NCBI GenBank assembly: GCA_963603805.1
Contig: CAVCON010000001.1
Span: forward strand, 1-30,646
DNA from: Oscillospiraceae bacterium
GTDB lineage: Bacteria > Bacteroidota > Bacteroidia > Bacteroidales > Bacteroidaceae
Direction of reading: 5' to 3'
Length of the DNA: 30,646 nucleotides
In this document: piece after piece, positions 1 through 7,832 of the stretch
Layout: each line of letters opens with the position of its first letter
How positions within the stretch are numbered: the stretch's first letter is position 1
Notes under the pieces: model-generated
What the model was told of the DNA's origin: nothing
The model's input: only the letters and a program-made list of their open reading frames with translations
The model's database searches: none
Position numbers and translations under genes: made by a program

Positions 1-112
1 TATGCAATACGCCCCTACAAGCGGTGCAATTTCCTTACAATTTGTTGTTTATGTATTTGCGTGGTGCATTGAACACGCTTTGTACCACACCGCATGAACT
101 GCATCGCAACCT
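1..112 (+). repeat. Truncated REP hairpin (1-18), 40-bp linker and a degenerate REP-doublet start (59-~112)
   Basis: TATGCAATACGCCCCTAC at 1-18 is identical to the REP ends at 10569-10586 and 30621-30638. 19-58 resembles the reverse complement of linker 30490-30528. 59-112 resembles a decayed REP plus spacer. Confidence 0.8.
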
Positions 113-120
113 GCGACAAC

Positions 121-158
121 AAAAATCCCGCGCCCCAAATTTGAGGTGCGGGATTTTT
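121..158 (-). terminator. Intrinsic terminator (potentially bidirectional)
   Basis: AAAAATCCCGCGCCCCAAATTTGAGGTGCGGGATTTTT is a long inverted repeat with A5/T5 tails, 24 bp past the stop of the 1080-aa gene. Its mismatches become G-U pairs on the minus-strand RNA. Confidence 0.85.
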
Positions 159-182
159 CATATCGGGCTTGTTGCGCCGCCT

Positions 183-3100
183 TTATTTCTTCAGGTCAAC
201 GAACAGGCGTTTGATTTCCGGGCCTGTGAGTGCGCGGCCGTACATACGCGCCACGGCAACCTCGCCGTTGAGCAGGAACTCGGCATAATCGCCGGCTGCG
301 CTGGCGTCTCCGCCAATGCAGAAGTACTTGGCGTTGCCTGTGGGCAGCGTCATCTGACCTGCAAGCTGCGTCTTGCCGGCAAACTTGCCGTCAACATATA
401 TGCTCATTGTCGGGGTTTCCACGTCGAGGGTCTGAACCACTATGGTTATGTGGTAGAAAGTGTTCTTCTGCACGGGATAGTCGTGCGCATACACCGTTGC
501 ATAGCTGCCGCTGAAATAACCCCAGCCCTGAATGACCTCACCCGGCTCTATACCCACGCCGCCTGTCTGCTGCGAGCTGAGCACTGCGGGCAGTGCCGAA
601 AGATTGTCGTTGTTGATAACGCAGAGGGCTTCGAGCGTGAAATCGGTTTGCATTGACTCGAGAATCCTGTCGTTGTTTGCGTATGGCACGCCGAAGTAGC
701 ACTGGTTGTCATCGCCGGGGAACTTTGCCACCCAACGCTTGTAGGTGTCGCTGTAATATGTTTCGGGAGTTGTCTTGCCAACGGTTACGGGGATTTGCTG
801 TTCAGACACGTCGGTAGCCGCGCCGTTCTCGCCAAACTCTATGTTGAACAGGTCGGCAACGGGAGCCTCGTCGGCAATCTCGCCGTCATCGCCCTGCTCG
901 ACAAGGTTCTTTATCACGTCCTTGTAGAGCACATAATCCTCGTCGCGGGTTATTGCACGTGAGTAGAGGCGCGAAACCAAGAGATAACCGCTAAGCGGAG
1001 CGTCGCACTGCACCGCAGGATTGGCAGCCACATCGCCGCCGGCAACAAGATAGTGCGAACCTTCCTGCGGGAGGGTAAGAGGCTCTTCGGTTACAAGCTC
1101 ACCTGCGGGATAGCCGTTGAGGTAGAGCTTCATCACCGAGCCGTCGTATGTTGCCACAGCGTGATAGTATTTGCCCGGCAGTATGCTCTTGGTGGAAACA
1201 AGGTCGTACCACTGTCCGTTGTGTCCGCCGTAGAAGTGGAACTTTCCGCCGTTGTCCATCCAGAAACCTGCACCGCCCACACCCTGCTGCGAACTCATGG
1301 GCGACTGTGGGTCGGTGTCAACCCTGCTGCAAAGGAAGAACGCCTCCATTGTAAAGCCGCCGGTGAGCGCGTCCTTTATCTTGTCGTTGGTGGAGTAGTC
1401 TATTTCGTAATACTGCGAACGCTCGCAGTTGAACTTCGCACCTGTGAGTTTGTAGTCATCGTCATAGAAAGGCACAGGAGTATTCTCGGAAGTTATTACC
1501 GGGTTAGCCATCGGCGACTTGTCGAAGCCCTTGCCCTGGTCGTCAACAGAAAGTTCGAACAAGTCGGCTTTGGGAACTTCCGTGCCCTCTGTCGGCTGGT
1601 ATTCGCCCTGCTCGAACTCATCGCTCTCTATCGGTTCGCTCTCGTTGCCGTATGGGTCTATCGCCGTAACGCGCACGCGCATCATTCCGTCGCCCTTGAT
1701 GTCGTTCACAACCACATCGAGATTTTCGGGCATATCGCTGCCGAGGTAGAAGCGCGAGCAGCGGTTTGAGGATGCAATGACCTTGTCCTCGGAGTCGAGT
1801 ATCTCAACCCTATAGTAAAGCACCACATTGTTGGGGTCTCCCTCCTCAATCACGGCTTGCGGGAATGTAACCTTGCGCTGTGTGGGCTGGAGTTGCTCGG
1901 CGGTTATGTCGGAACTCTCGAACACGGGCTTGCTGCCCTTGTAGTTGGCATAGGCGAAGTTTGTGCCGTCGTAGGGCGCGGCAAAGTTAAGCTGCTCGCC
2001 AATTTCCTCGTTGCGCGCTCCGTCAATGCGCCTTACGCCAACGTTGTTCTCGTCCTCAACGGTTACAATCATGCCTTCCGACAAAGTTCCAGTGCCGGCG
2101 GGCATTTCGCCGTCAACGTCTATCCCCTTCTGCACGTAGCAATTGAGGTTTCCGCCGTCGTTAAGGCTGGTGAAAGTGCCTTGGTGGAATGTCAGCGGGC
2201 AGCGTGAGGAAAAATGCGTGTGTCCGCTGAAATCGATTACCTGCGGATAGTTTTTCAGGATTTCGTAAACTTTTTTCGTGCCCCAGCCGCCGTCGTAATC
2301 GTTCGAGCCCTGCACTGTGCCGAATGCCGGAATGTGCTGAAAGACGAAGATTGGCTTGCCAGGATATTTGAGGGCGGCGTCCTCAAGGCTCTCGCTGAGG
2401 AAACGGAGGCTGACTTCGCTGTAATCTTCCTCGTTGCCGCCCGAAAGACCTATGTAAATGAACGGATAGCCTTTGATGTCGAAATATTTGTTGTGCTCAA
2501 CGCCCAAAGAGTTGTAGTTGTTCATCGAACCGTTGCCGTCCCCTGTGTACCATTCGTGGTTGCCCATTATGTAGTAACGCTGCACGTATTCGGGAACTAT
2601 CTCCGGGTTGTTCATAACCGAGAGCATTTCCTGATACTGTGCCAAGTTGCCGTTGTTTGTAAGGTCGCCGTTCAGGATAAGTGCGTCAACGTCGCTCGTG
2701 TTCTCGTATATGGTTTGGAGGCTCTTGCTCACCCTGTCCTTTGCGCCGCCCGCGCCGAAGTGCAGGTCGCTCATCACGATGAATGTCGGGAAACCTTCGA
2801 AAGTTTGCTCAACCACCACGTTTTTCACGTCAGAGGCATCGGCGGCGGATGAGATTGTGAGCGTGCCGTAGCGCGTTCCCTGCTGCATCTTGCCGGCTAT
2901 GAACACATAGTTCTTTGTTCCCGCAACGGGAGTCGCGTCCTTGGGGGTTATCCATTCCGAGCCGGAGAATTTCAGGTCGGTGTTGGCGGTGATGTTCACA
3001 ATAACGCCGGCGTAGATGCCCTTTGTCCTAACCGTGTCGGCAGACACGAAGAAACCGGGGTCTGTGCCGAGCTGCACCACGTTCACCTTCTTCGACTGTC

Positions 3101-3425
3101 CGTCGGGGGCGGCGAGCGTGAGGATGCCCGTGCGTGTGGCGGCATCGGCGTTCTCGTCCACGCTCACGGTTACTACATCGCCGCTTAGGCTCGCCTTGAA
3201 CCAGCCATCAGAGGTGCGCGGGCTTACAGTGGTGTTGGTGGCTATCTTGAAAGTCTTGCTCTCGGGCTTGTTGGCGAAGTATAGCGACGACACTCCGTCC
3301 AAAACCGTAAGTTCCGTACTCCCGGCAGCCCCTACCGCCGTCAGAACTCTCTCCTGTGCCTGTGCGGGCAACGCAAGGCTAATTGCCGCAACAAGCAGCG
3401 CGAATATATATTTCATTCTTTTCAT
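183..3425 (-). CDS. Secreted multidomain calcineurin-like metallophosphoesterase: signal peptide, BACON-like domain(s), MPP domain, Fn3/Ig-like linker, two LamG/ConA-like domains
   Basis: MPP motifs SDLHFG, GDLTNNG, GNHE, QHIP, GHTH. BACON-like W...N...RTGILTL...VVQ. Duplicated C-terminal domain (PKADLFEL.. / PVADLFNI..; YYHAVATYDG..LYLNG / FYHITIVV..IYVDG; both end in RxY.RA[IL]T). Alternative start at 3416. Confidence 0.85.
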   Translation of the reverse strand: MKRMKYIFALLVAAISLALPAQAQERVLTAVGAAGSTELTVLDGVSSLYFANKPESKTFKIATNTTVSPRTSDGWFKASLSGDVVTVSVDENADAATRTGILTLAAPDGQSKKVNVVQLGTDPGFFVSADTVRTKGIYAGVIVNITANTDLKFSGSEWITPKDATPVAGTKNYVFIAGKMQQGTRYGTLTISSAADASDVKNVVVEQTFEGFPTFIVMSDLHFGAGGAKDRVSKSLQTIYENTSDVDALILNGDLTNNGNLAQYQEMLSVMNNPEIVPEYVQRYYIMGNHEWYTGDGNGSMNNYNSLGVEHNKYFDIKGYPFIYIGLSGGNEEDYSEVSLRFLSESLEDAALKYPGKPIFVFQHIPAFGTVQGSNDYDGGWGTKKVYEILKNYPQVIDFSGHTHFSSRCPLTFHQGTFTSLNDGGNLNCYVQKGIDVDGEMPAGTGTLSEGMIVTVEDENNVGVRRIDGARNEEIGEQLNFAAPYDGTNFAYANYKGSKPVFESSDITAEQLQPTQRKVTFPQAVIEEGDPNNVVLYYRVEILDSEDKVIASSNRCSRFYLGSDMPENLDVVVNDIKGDGMMRVRVTAIDPYGNESEPIESDEFEQGEYQPTEGTEVPKADLFELSVDDQGKGFDKSPMANPVITSENTPVPFYDDDYKLTGAKFNCERSQYYEIDYSTNDKIKDALTGGFTMEAFFLCSRVDTDPQSPMSSQQGVGGAGFWMDNGGKFHFYGGHNGQWYDLVSTKSILPGKYYHAVATYDGSVMKLYLNGYPAGELVTEEPLTLPQEGSHYLVAGGDVAANPAVQCDAPLSGYLLVSRLYSRAITRDEDYVLYKDVIKNLVEQGDDGEIADEAPVADLFNIEFGENGAATDVSEQQIPVTVGKTTPETYYSDTYKRWVAKFPGDDNQCYFGVPYANNDRILESMQTDFTLEALCVINNDNLSALPAVLSSQQTGGVGIEPGEVIQGWGYFSGSYATVYAHDYPVQKNTFYHITIVVQTLDVETPTMSIYVDGKFAGKTQLAGQMTLPTGNAKYFCIGGDASAAGDYAEFLLNGEVAVARMYGRALTGPEIKRLFVDLKK

Positions 3426-3441
3426 TGTCGTAGGGTTTAGG

Positions 3442-4650
3442 TTATCTAACGTTTATTTTACAAGCCTTGCCCTCCACGGTAACTATGTATATGCCCTTTT
3501 GCAGGGTTGAGGAGGGCGGAAGCACAACGCCGTCGGTTGTGGCGACGGTGAACTTCTTTCCGCCGCCCACCACGACTTTTCCATTCACCACGCTCACTGC
3601 GGGCTTCTGGGTCTTGGTGTCGTTCACGTCAACCACCTCGCCCATCTTGTCGAACGTCCAGGCAAAGCCGCTGCCGCTCATCTGCTCCGGCACAAGTGCC
3701 TCCGGCTCTTCGCCCACGAGGGTGTTGTTCAAATAGCGCACCACGCCGTCCTCACCCCTTGAAGAAATGGCGAACTCGTAGTTGCTTATGGCGTTGAGGC
3801 TCCAAGCCTTGGGGGCGACGGTCTTGCCGTCGGCCTCGGGCAGGTTGTATTTTTCATCGGCATACAACGACGTGGATATGCTGTTGCCTGTTGCGCGGTT
3901 AATGATTGCCGTCTTTCCCGGACCGAGGTTTACAAAACGCCACTGCGCCGTCTCGTCAGGGTTTTCGGGGCGTGCAACAATGAAGCGGTATTTCGTGTCA
4001 ACAACCGACGTGTTGTCGATAATCATGCCGCCGTCCTGCAACGCGCTGAAAATGCCATAGTAGGGAACTTTTTCCGCATCCTGATACTCCGGCTCGCGTA
4101 TCTCGTCGAAAGGCTCGATGATGAAGAGACTTCCCTCGTCCTTGCCTTTTCCGTATTCCTCCCTCACGAGCCACACCATAATCTTGCCCTCCTCGTACTG
4201 GTGGGTTGCGGGAAAGCGGAATATCGCGCCACCGCCGGGGGCGGGGATGTCAGACTCGAACGAAACCGTGTCGCCCTCGTAATGGTGGATGGTCCACTTT
4301 GCAGACGCCACTTCGTGCATCTGCATCGACTCCCAGTTGCTGAACTTGGCAGACAGCCCCACGTCCATCTGGCGGCCGTCATACTTGTTGGTGATTGTGT
4401 ACTTGCCGTTCGCGTCGGCGGTGATGCACCACAGCTGCTTGGCAAGCTCCTCCCAGTTGCTGAAGTCGGCCTTCGGTTTTGCCACAACTTCCAGACCGTC
4501 CGGCTGCAAGCACCAGCCGGTAACTCTCGAACTCCGTATGTAGCACCATTTGACGTTGCCGTCAGTGCTTACGAAGTTGGGCAGTTCGTCGGCAAAGACA
4601 TTAAGCCCCGCCAGTACGAAAGCCGCACACATTAGTAATAGCTTTTTCAT
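3442..4650 (-). CDS. Secreted protein with two ricin-B/beta-trefoil-like lectin domains and a probable T9SS C-terminal sorting domain
   Basis: Start moved to ATG 4650 (MKKLLLMC.. signal peptide). QxW repeats (KQLWCI..GKYTITNK..G, AQWRF..IINRATG). C-terminus KGIYIVTVEGKACKINVR is typical of Bacteroidales T9SS CTDs. Gap to the downstream gene is 16 bp. Confidence 0.7.
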   Translation of the reverse strand: MKKLLLMCAAFVLAGLNVFADELPNFVSTDGNVKWCYIRSSRVTGWCLQPDGLEVVAKPKADFSNWEELAKQLWCITADANGKYTITNKYDGRQMDVGLSAKFSNWESMQMHEVASAKWTIHHYEGDTVSFESDIPAPGGGAIFRFPATHQYEEGKIMVWLVREEYGKGKDEGSLFIIEPFDEIREPEYQDAEKVPYYGIFSALQDGGMIIDNTSVVDTKYRFIVARPENPDETAQWRFVNLGPGKTAIINRATGNSISTSLYADEKYNLPEADGKTVAPKAWSLNAISNYEFAISSRGEDGVVRYLNNTLVGEEPEALVPEQMSGSGFAWTFDKMGEVVDVNDTKTQKPAVSVVNGKVVVGGGKKFTVATTDGVVLPPSSTLQKGIYIVTVEGKACKINVR

Positions 4651-4683
4651 TGGCAAAAATTGTTTAGGTGTTATAACTAAATG

Positions 4684-4691
4684 CAAATATA
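4684..4691 (-). promoter_or_regulatory. Bacteroidetes sigma-A -7 element (TATATTTG)
   Basis: Exact TAnnTTTG match 33 bp upstream of ATG 4650, followed by CA. No perfect -33 at canonical spacing. Confidence 0.6.
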
Positions 4692-4833
4692 GGCATTAAA
4701 TGTTACACCAATGTTACAAATTCACCAAAATGGGGGGGGTAATTTTTATTAACGATTATTACGGAATATTAGGCACTTGCTTTTGTAGAGGCGGCACGCA
4801 CCACGGCAAAAGCCCCAGCCGACATAAAACACG

Positions 4834-5133
4834 CAACATTCTGGAAACCAAAGAATTAAATTCTTTTAGAATTATCCATATAAGACGTTGCAAATCAGAT
4901 GCTTGCAACGGAGCAAAAAAGGTCTGATGTAGTTTGAATTACATCAGACATAATTTTTCCTATGTCCTATGTAGTTTTTCTTACATCAAATGTAATTTTA
5001 GCGATATTGGTTTTGCACCATTTGTAGGGGCGTATTGCATACGCCCTGTATGCCACCGCCCGAAACGCATTGCAAACCGCCGCCAAAGCATCGCAAGTTG
5101 GCGCAATTCAGGGCGTATGCCATACGCCCCTAC
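4834..5133 (+). repeat. Composite intergenic repeat, copy 1 (paired 25-bp boxes + 4x21-bp module + REP doublet)
   Basis: Boxes 4834-4858 and 4881-4905; 21-bp units 4921-5004; REPs GTAGGGGCGTATTGCATACGCCC 5024-5046 and inverted GGGCGTATGCCATACGCCCCTAC 5111-5133. Confidence 0.9.
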
Positions 5134-5151
5134 GGCAACGCAAAAGCTGCG

Positions 5152-6075
5152 TCAGCAAAGTTTCCAAAGCCCTTCCTCGCAGGTTACGTGGTGTTCCTTG
5201 ATGCCGATTTCCTTCATCCACGAGCGCGTTTCCACGGTTTTGAGGATGCCAGTGTTGAAACCCTTGCCCTGGTCGTTGTTCCACACCCACGACGGCGTGG
5301 GCCAAAGGCAGGCGCGGAACTTTATGGTCTGGTAAAAATGCTTGTCGCAGCCGTTCTGACCGTGATGCGCCATTTGCAGGTATTCGCAGTTGAGGTCGTC
5401 CTTGTAAGGGCCGTTGAGTGCGAGGTTGCCGCACTCCACGCCCGCATCGCCGAGGAACACTATTGTTTTCTTCTTGTCCCACACGCGCATTATCATCGAG
5501 GAATTGTTGTAGGCGTTCACGGTTATCTCGTTAGCCACGCTGAGTATCTTCACGCTCATGCCGTCGAACGTGTAAACGCCGCCGGGCGTGCGTATGTCGG
5601 TAACGGGAATGTCGGTCTTGTCTATTTGGTCGTAGAACTCCTGGCAGCTCGGCGAATAAGGGGCTTCGGCAGCCTGTACCGCCTTGCTTATGCGCGAATG
5701 GTAGATGTGCCTTATCTTCATGTCCTGCCTGTTTTTCAGGATTTCGGTCAGCGCGCCCATGTGGTCGTTGTGCGGATGGGATATGAACCACGCCTCGACC
5801 TCGTTGCCCAATGCGCCGATAAAGCCGCGCAATGTGTTGGCTTCTTCGGGAAAGCCACCGTCCATCACAACAACCTTCCCCTTGGCGGTCTGGAACACGT
5901 ATGAATTGCCAATGGTGTTGCTATGGCTGGGTATCTGCCAAAGGGTGAAACCGGGCTTTTTCCTTGAGTTCCATGTCTTGGTTATGTCGCCCGCCGCCTT
6001 GGCGTCCGCGCCGTTCAAAGCCGCCGCACCGGCAAGCAGTGCGGAGTATTTCAGAAATTCCCTTCTTGTTGTCAT
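5152..6075 (-). CDS. Tat-exported metallo-beta-lactamase-fold hydrolase (ComEC/Rec2-like MBL domain)
   Basis: Twin-arginine signal TRREFLK; MBL motifs MDGG, SHPHNDHMG, NNSS, LGD, AHHG. Confidence 0.85.
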   Translation of the reverse strand: MTTRREFLKYSALLAGAAALNGADAKAAGDITKTWNSRKKPGFTLWQIPSHSNTIGNSYVFQTAKGKVVVMDGGFPEEANTLRGFIGALGNEVEAWFISHPHNDHMGALTEILKNRQDMKIRHIYHSRISKAVQAAEAPYSPSCQEFYDQIDKTDIPVTDIRTPGGVYTFDGMSVKILSVANEITVNAYNNSSMIMRVWDKKKTIVFLGDAGVECGNLALNGPYKDDLNCEYLQMAHHGQNGCDKHFYQTIKFRACLWPTPSWVWNNDQGKGFNTGILKTVETRSWMKEIGIKEHHVTCEEGLWKLC

Positions 6076-6107
6076 TACAGAGTTTGCTTAAGATTAGTTA
6101 TATAGTG

Positions 6108-6115
6108 CAAAGATA
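6108..6115 (-). promoter_or_regulatory. -7 promoter element (TATCTTTG) of the MBL hydrolase gene
   Basis: Exact TAnnTTTG(CA) match 32 bp upstream of ATG 6075. Confidence 0.6.
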
Positions 6116-6195
6116 AGCCTTTATTTCTTTTGCGCCCTCCCCCGTCCCATTGCATATCGCAGGAATTTGCTACTTTCGCAATAAAAACAGAAATC

Positions 6196-7317
6196 ATGCC
6201 CGGTTTGAAGATTTTCAGAATTATCACACTTATCCTGCCGCTGCTCGCCCTTGCATACGTAATGTGGCGTTCGTGGCGGATTTTGCCGTTTCCCATAGGC
6301 GTGAAAATCGCCGCAGTAAGCGTTATGTTCCTGCTCTTTGCGCTCATGCCCGTGTGTATGTTTCCCGGAAGTATCGACAGGCTACCGCTCGCGCTTGGCA
6401 CTTTTCTGTACAAAACGAGCCTTTCGTGGGTGTTCGTGCTGGTTTACCTGCTGCTCGCCTTCCTGTTGGTTGACCTGCTCGGGGCGTTGCACGTTGTGCC
6501 GCAATCCTTCCGCGTCCACAGCCTTGCGGGAACGGCTGCAATAGCCGGGACGATAGCCGTCGTGATGCTCGCAGGAAACCTGCACTATCACCACAAGCAC
6601 CGCGAGGGCATAAGCATCGCTACAGCCAAGCCCGTTGAAAAACCGCTGAGGATTGTCATGATGAGCGACATTCACTTGGGCTATCACATAAGGCGCGGCG
6701 AATTTGCAAAATGGGTTGACATGATAAACGGCGAAAAGCCCGACCTTGTGCTTATTGCCGGCGACATAATAGACCGAAGCGTAGAGCCGCTGCTCAAAGA
6801 AGGCACAGCGCAGGAGTTCCGCAGGATTTCCGCGCCGGTATATGCCTGTCCGGGAAACCACGAATACTATTCGGGCATCAGCAAGTCGATACAGTTCTGC
6901 AAACTCGCCGGAATAACAATGCTGCGCGACACGGCGATAAATGTTGCCGGCATAAACATCATCGGGCGCGACGACCGCACAAACGCAAGGCGCAAGCCGC
7001 TGGAAAACCTCGTGGCGGAAACCGAAAAAGGCAGGTTCACAATCCTGCTCGACCACCAACCCTACACTTTGGAAGAGGCGGAGAAAAACGGCATTGACTT
7101 CGAGTTTTGCGGACACACCCACTACGGTCAGATATGGCCCATTTCGTGGATTACAGACGCCTTGTACGAGGACGCATACGGCTCGCTCGAAAAAGGTGGC
7201 ACACAGTATTACGTAAGTTCCGGCATAGGCATTTGGGGCGGCAAGTTCCGCATCGGCACGCGTTCGGAATACATCGTGGCGGAAATAACCCCAGCGCAGC
7301 GCAATCCCAAACAATAA
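6196..7317 (+). CDS. Membrane-anchored calcineurin-like metallophosphoesterase (YkuE/YaeI-like)
   Basis: About 4 N-terminal hydrophobic helices, then SDIHLG, AGDIID, GNHE, DHQP, GHTHYGQ, SSGIGIWG..RIG..SE. Start set at ATG 6196, preceded by a TACTTTCG -7-like element at 6171-6178. Confidence 0.88.
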   Translation: MPGLKIFRIITLILPLLALAYVMWRSWRILPFPIGVKIAAVSVMFLLFALMPVCMFPGSIDRLPLALGTFLYKTSLSWVFVLVYLLLAFLLVDLLGALHVVPQSFRVHSLAGTAAIAGTIAVVMLAGNLHYHHKHREGISIATAKPVEKPLRIVMMSDIHLGYHIRRGEFAKWVDMINGEKPDLVLIAGDIIDRSVEPLLKEGTAQEFRRISAPVYACPGNHEYYSGISKSIQFCKLAGITMLRDTAINVAGINIIGRDDRTNARRKPLENLVAETEKGRFTILLDHQPYTLEEAEKNGIDFEFCGHTHYGQIWPISWITDALYEDAYGSLEKGGTQYYVSSGIGIWGGKFRIGTRSEYIVAEITPAQRNPKQ

Positions 7318-7360
7318 AACCTGGCTCTGCGGCGAAACATTTTTAACTAACGTACAAACG

Positions 7361-7391
7361 GTTGCCAATAGGCACGGATTGATTATCTTTG
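7361..7391 (+). promoter_or_regulatory. Bacteroidetes sigma-A promoter (GTTG-N19-TATCTTTG) with no intact gene downstream
   Basis: -7 TATCTTTG(CA) at 7384-7391; -33-like GTTG at 7361-7364; 19-bp spacer. Confidence 0.6.
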
Positions 7392-7433
7392 CATTGAGTA
7401 AAATTTCCCAGCGCACTGAGTAAAATCCAAATC

Positions 7434-7514
7434 ATGTACAAAAGAAGCGAATACCAAGTAATTACAAACCGGCTTTTCTCCAAGAAAAACTGCAAAAACG
7501 CCGAAACTGTGTAA
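7434..7514 (+). pseudogene. Short ORF MYKRSEYQVITNRLFSKKNCKNAETV, possibly the 5' remnant of an AAA_14/DUF4143-type ATPase gene
   Basis: ATG follows a good promoter and an A-rich leader. The first ~14 residues resemble, from memory, N-termini of Bacteroidales AAA_14 ATPases. The ORF ends at the edge of repeat copy 2. Confidence 0.4.
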
Positions 7515-7832
7515 AGCTTTGAATTACAAATGAATGCCCAAACAAAGGTAGTCCGCTGTATCGTTTTGTTTTTCAGGTGTTTGCAAACTGTGAAAAAAGG
7601 TCTGATGTAGTTTGAATTATATCAGACATAATTTTTCCTACATAGGACATAGTTTTTTCTACATCCGATATAGTTTTCGGAGCGTTTGGAAAAAGCTAAA
7701 TGATTTTGGCTTTGCGCGATTTGTAGGGGCGTATTGCATACGCCTTGTACACCACCGCACAAACCACACCGCAAACCACCGCAACGACATTGTAAATCCG
7801 CGCAATTCAGGGCGTATGCCATACGCCCCTAC
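7512..7832 (+). repeat. Composite intergenic repeat, copy 2
   Basis: Boxes 7512-7536 and 7559-7583; 21-bp units 7599-7682; REPs 7723-7745 and 7810-7832. Confidence 0.9.

Noticed and set aside
24..3510. Long plus-strand ORFs (24-656, 1053-1769, 2214-2852 and others)
   Set aside because: They are antisense shadows of the 1080-aa gene with no motifs. The same applies to the antisense ORFs over the MBL, YkuE-like, GH95, SusC/D and fasciclin genes.
4934..5335. Recurrent small ORFs MNYIRHNFSY..VGAYCIRP..GRMPYAPT and heptad ..MSDVGKIMSDIIQITSDLFS (also 7612-7860, 10455-10715, 27603-27875, 30358-30627)
   Set aside because: They are translations of the DNA repeat. Starts, frames and ends differ between copies, and conservation follows palindromes and spacing rather than codons. 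A real micropeptide is not formally excluded.
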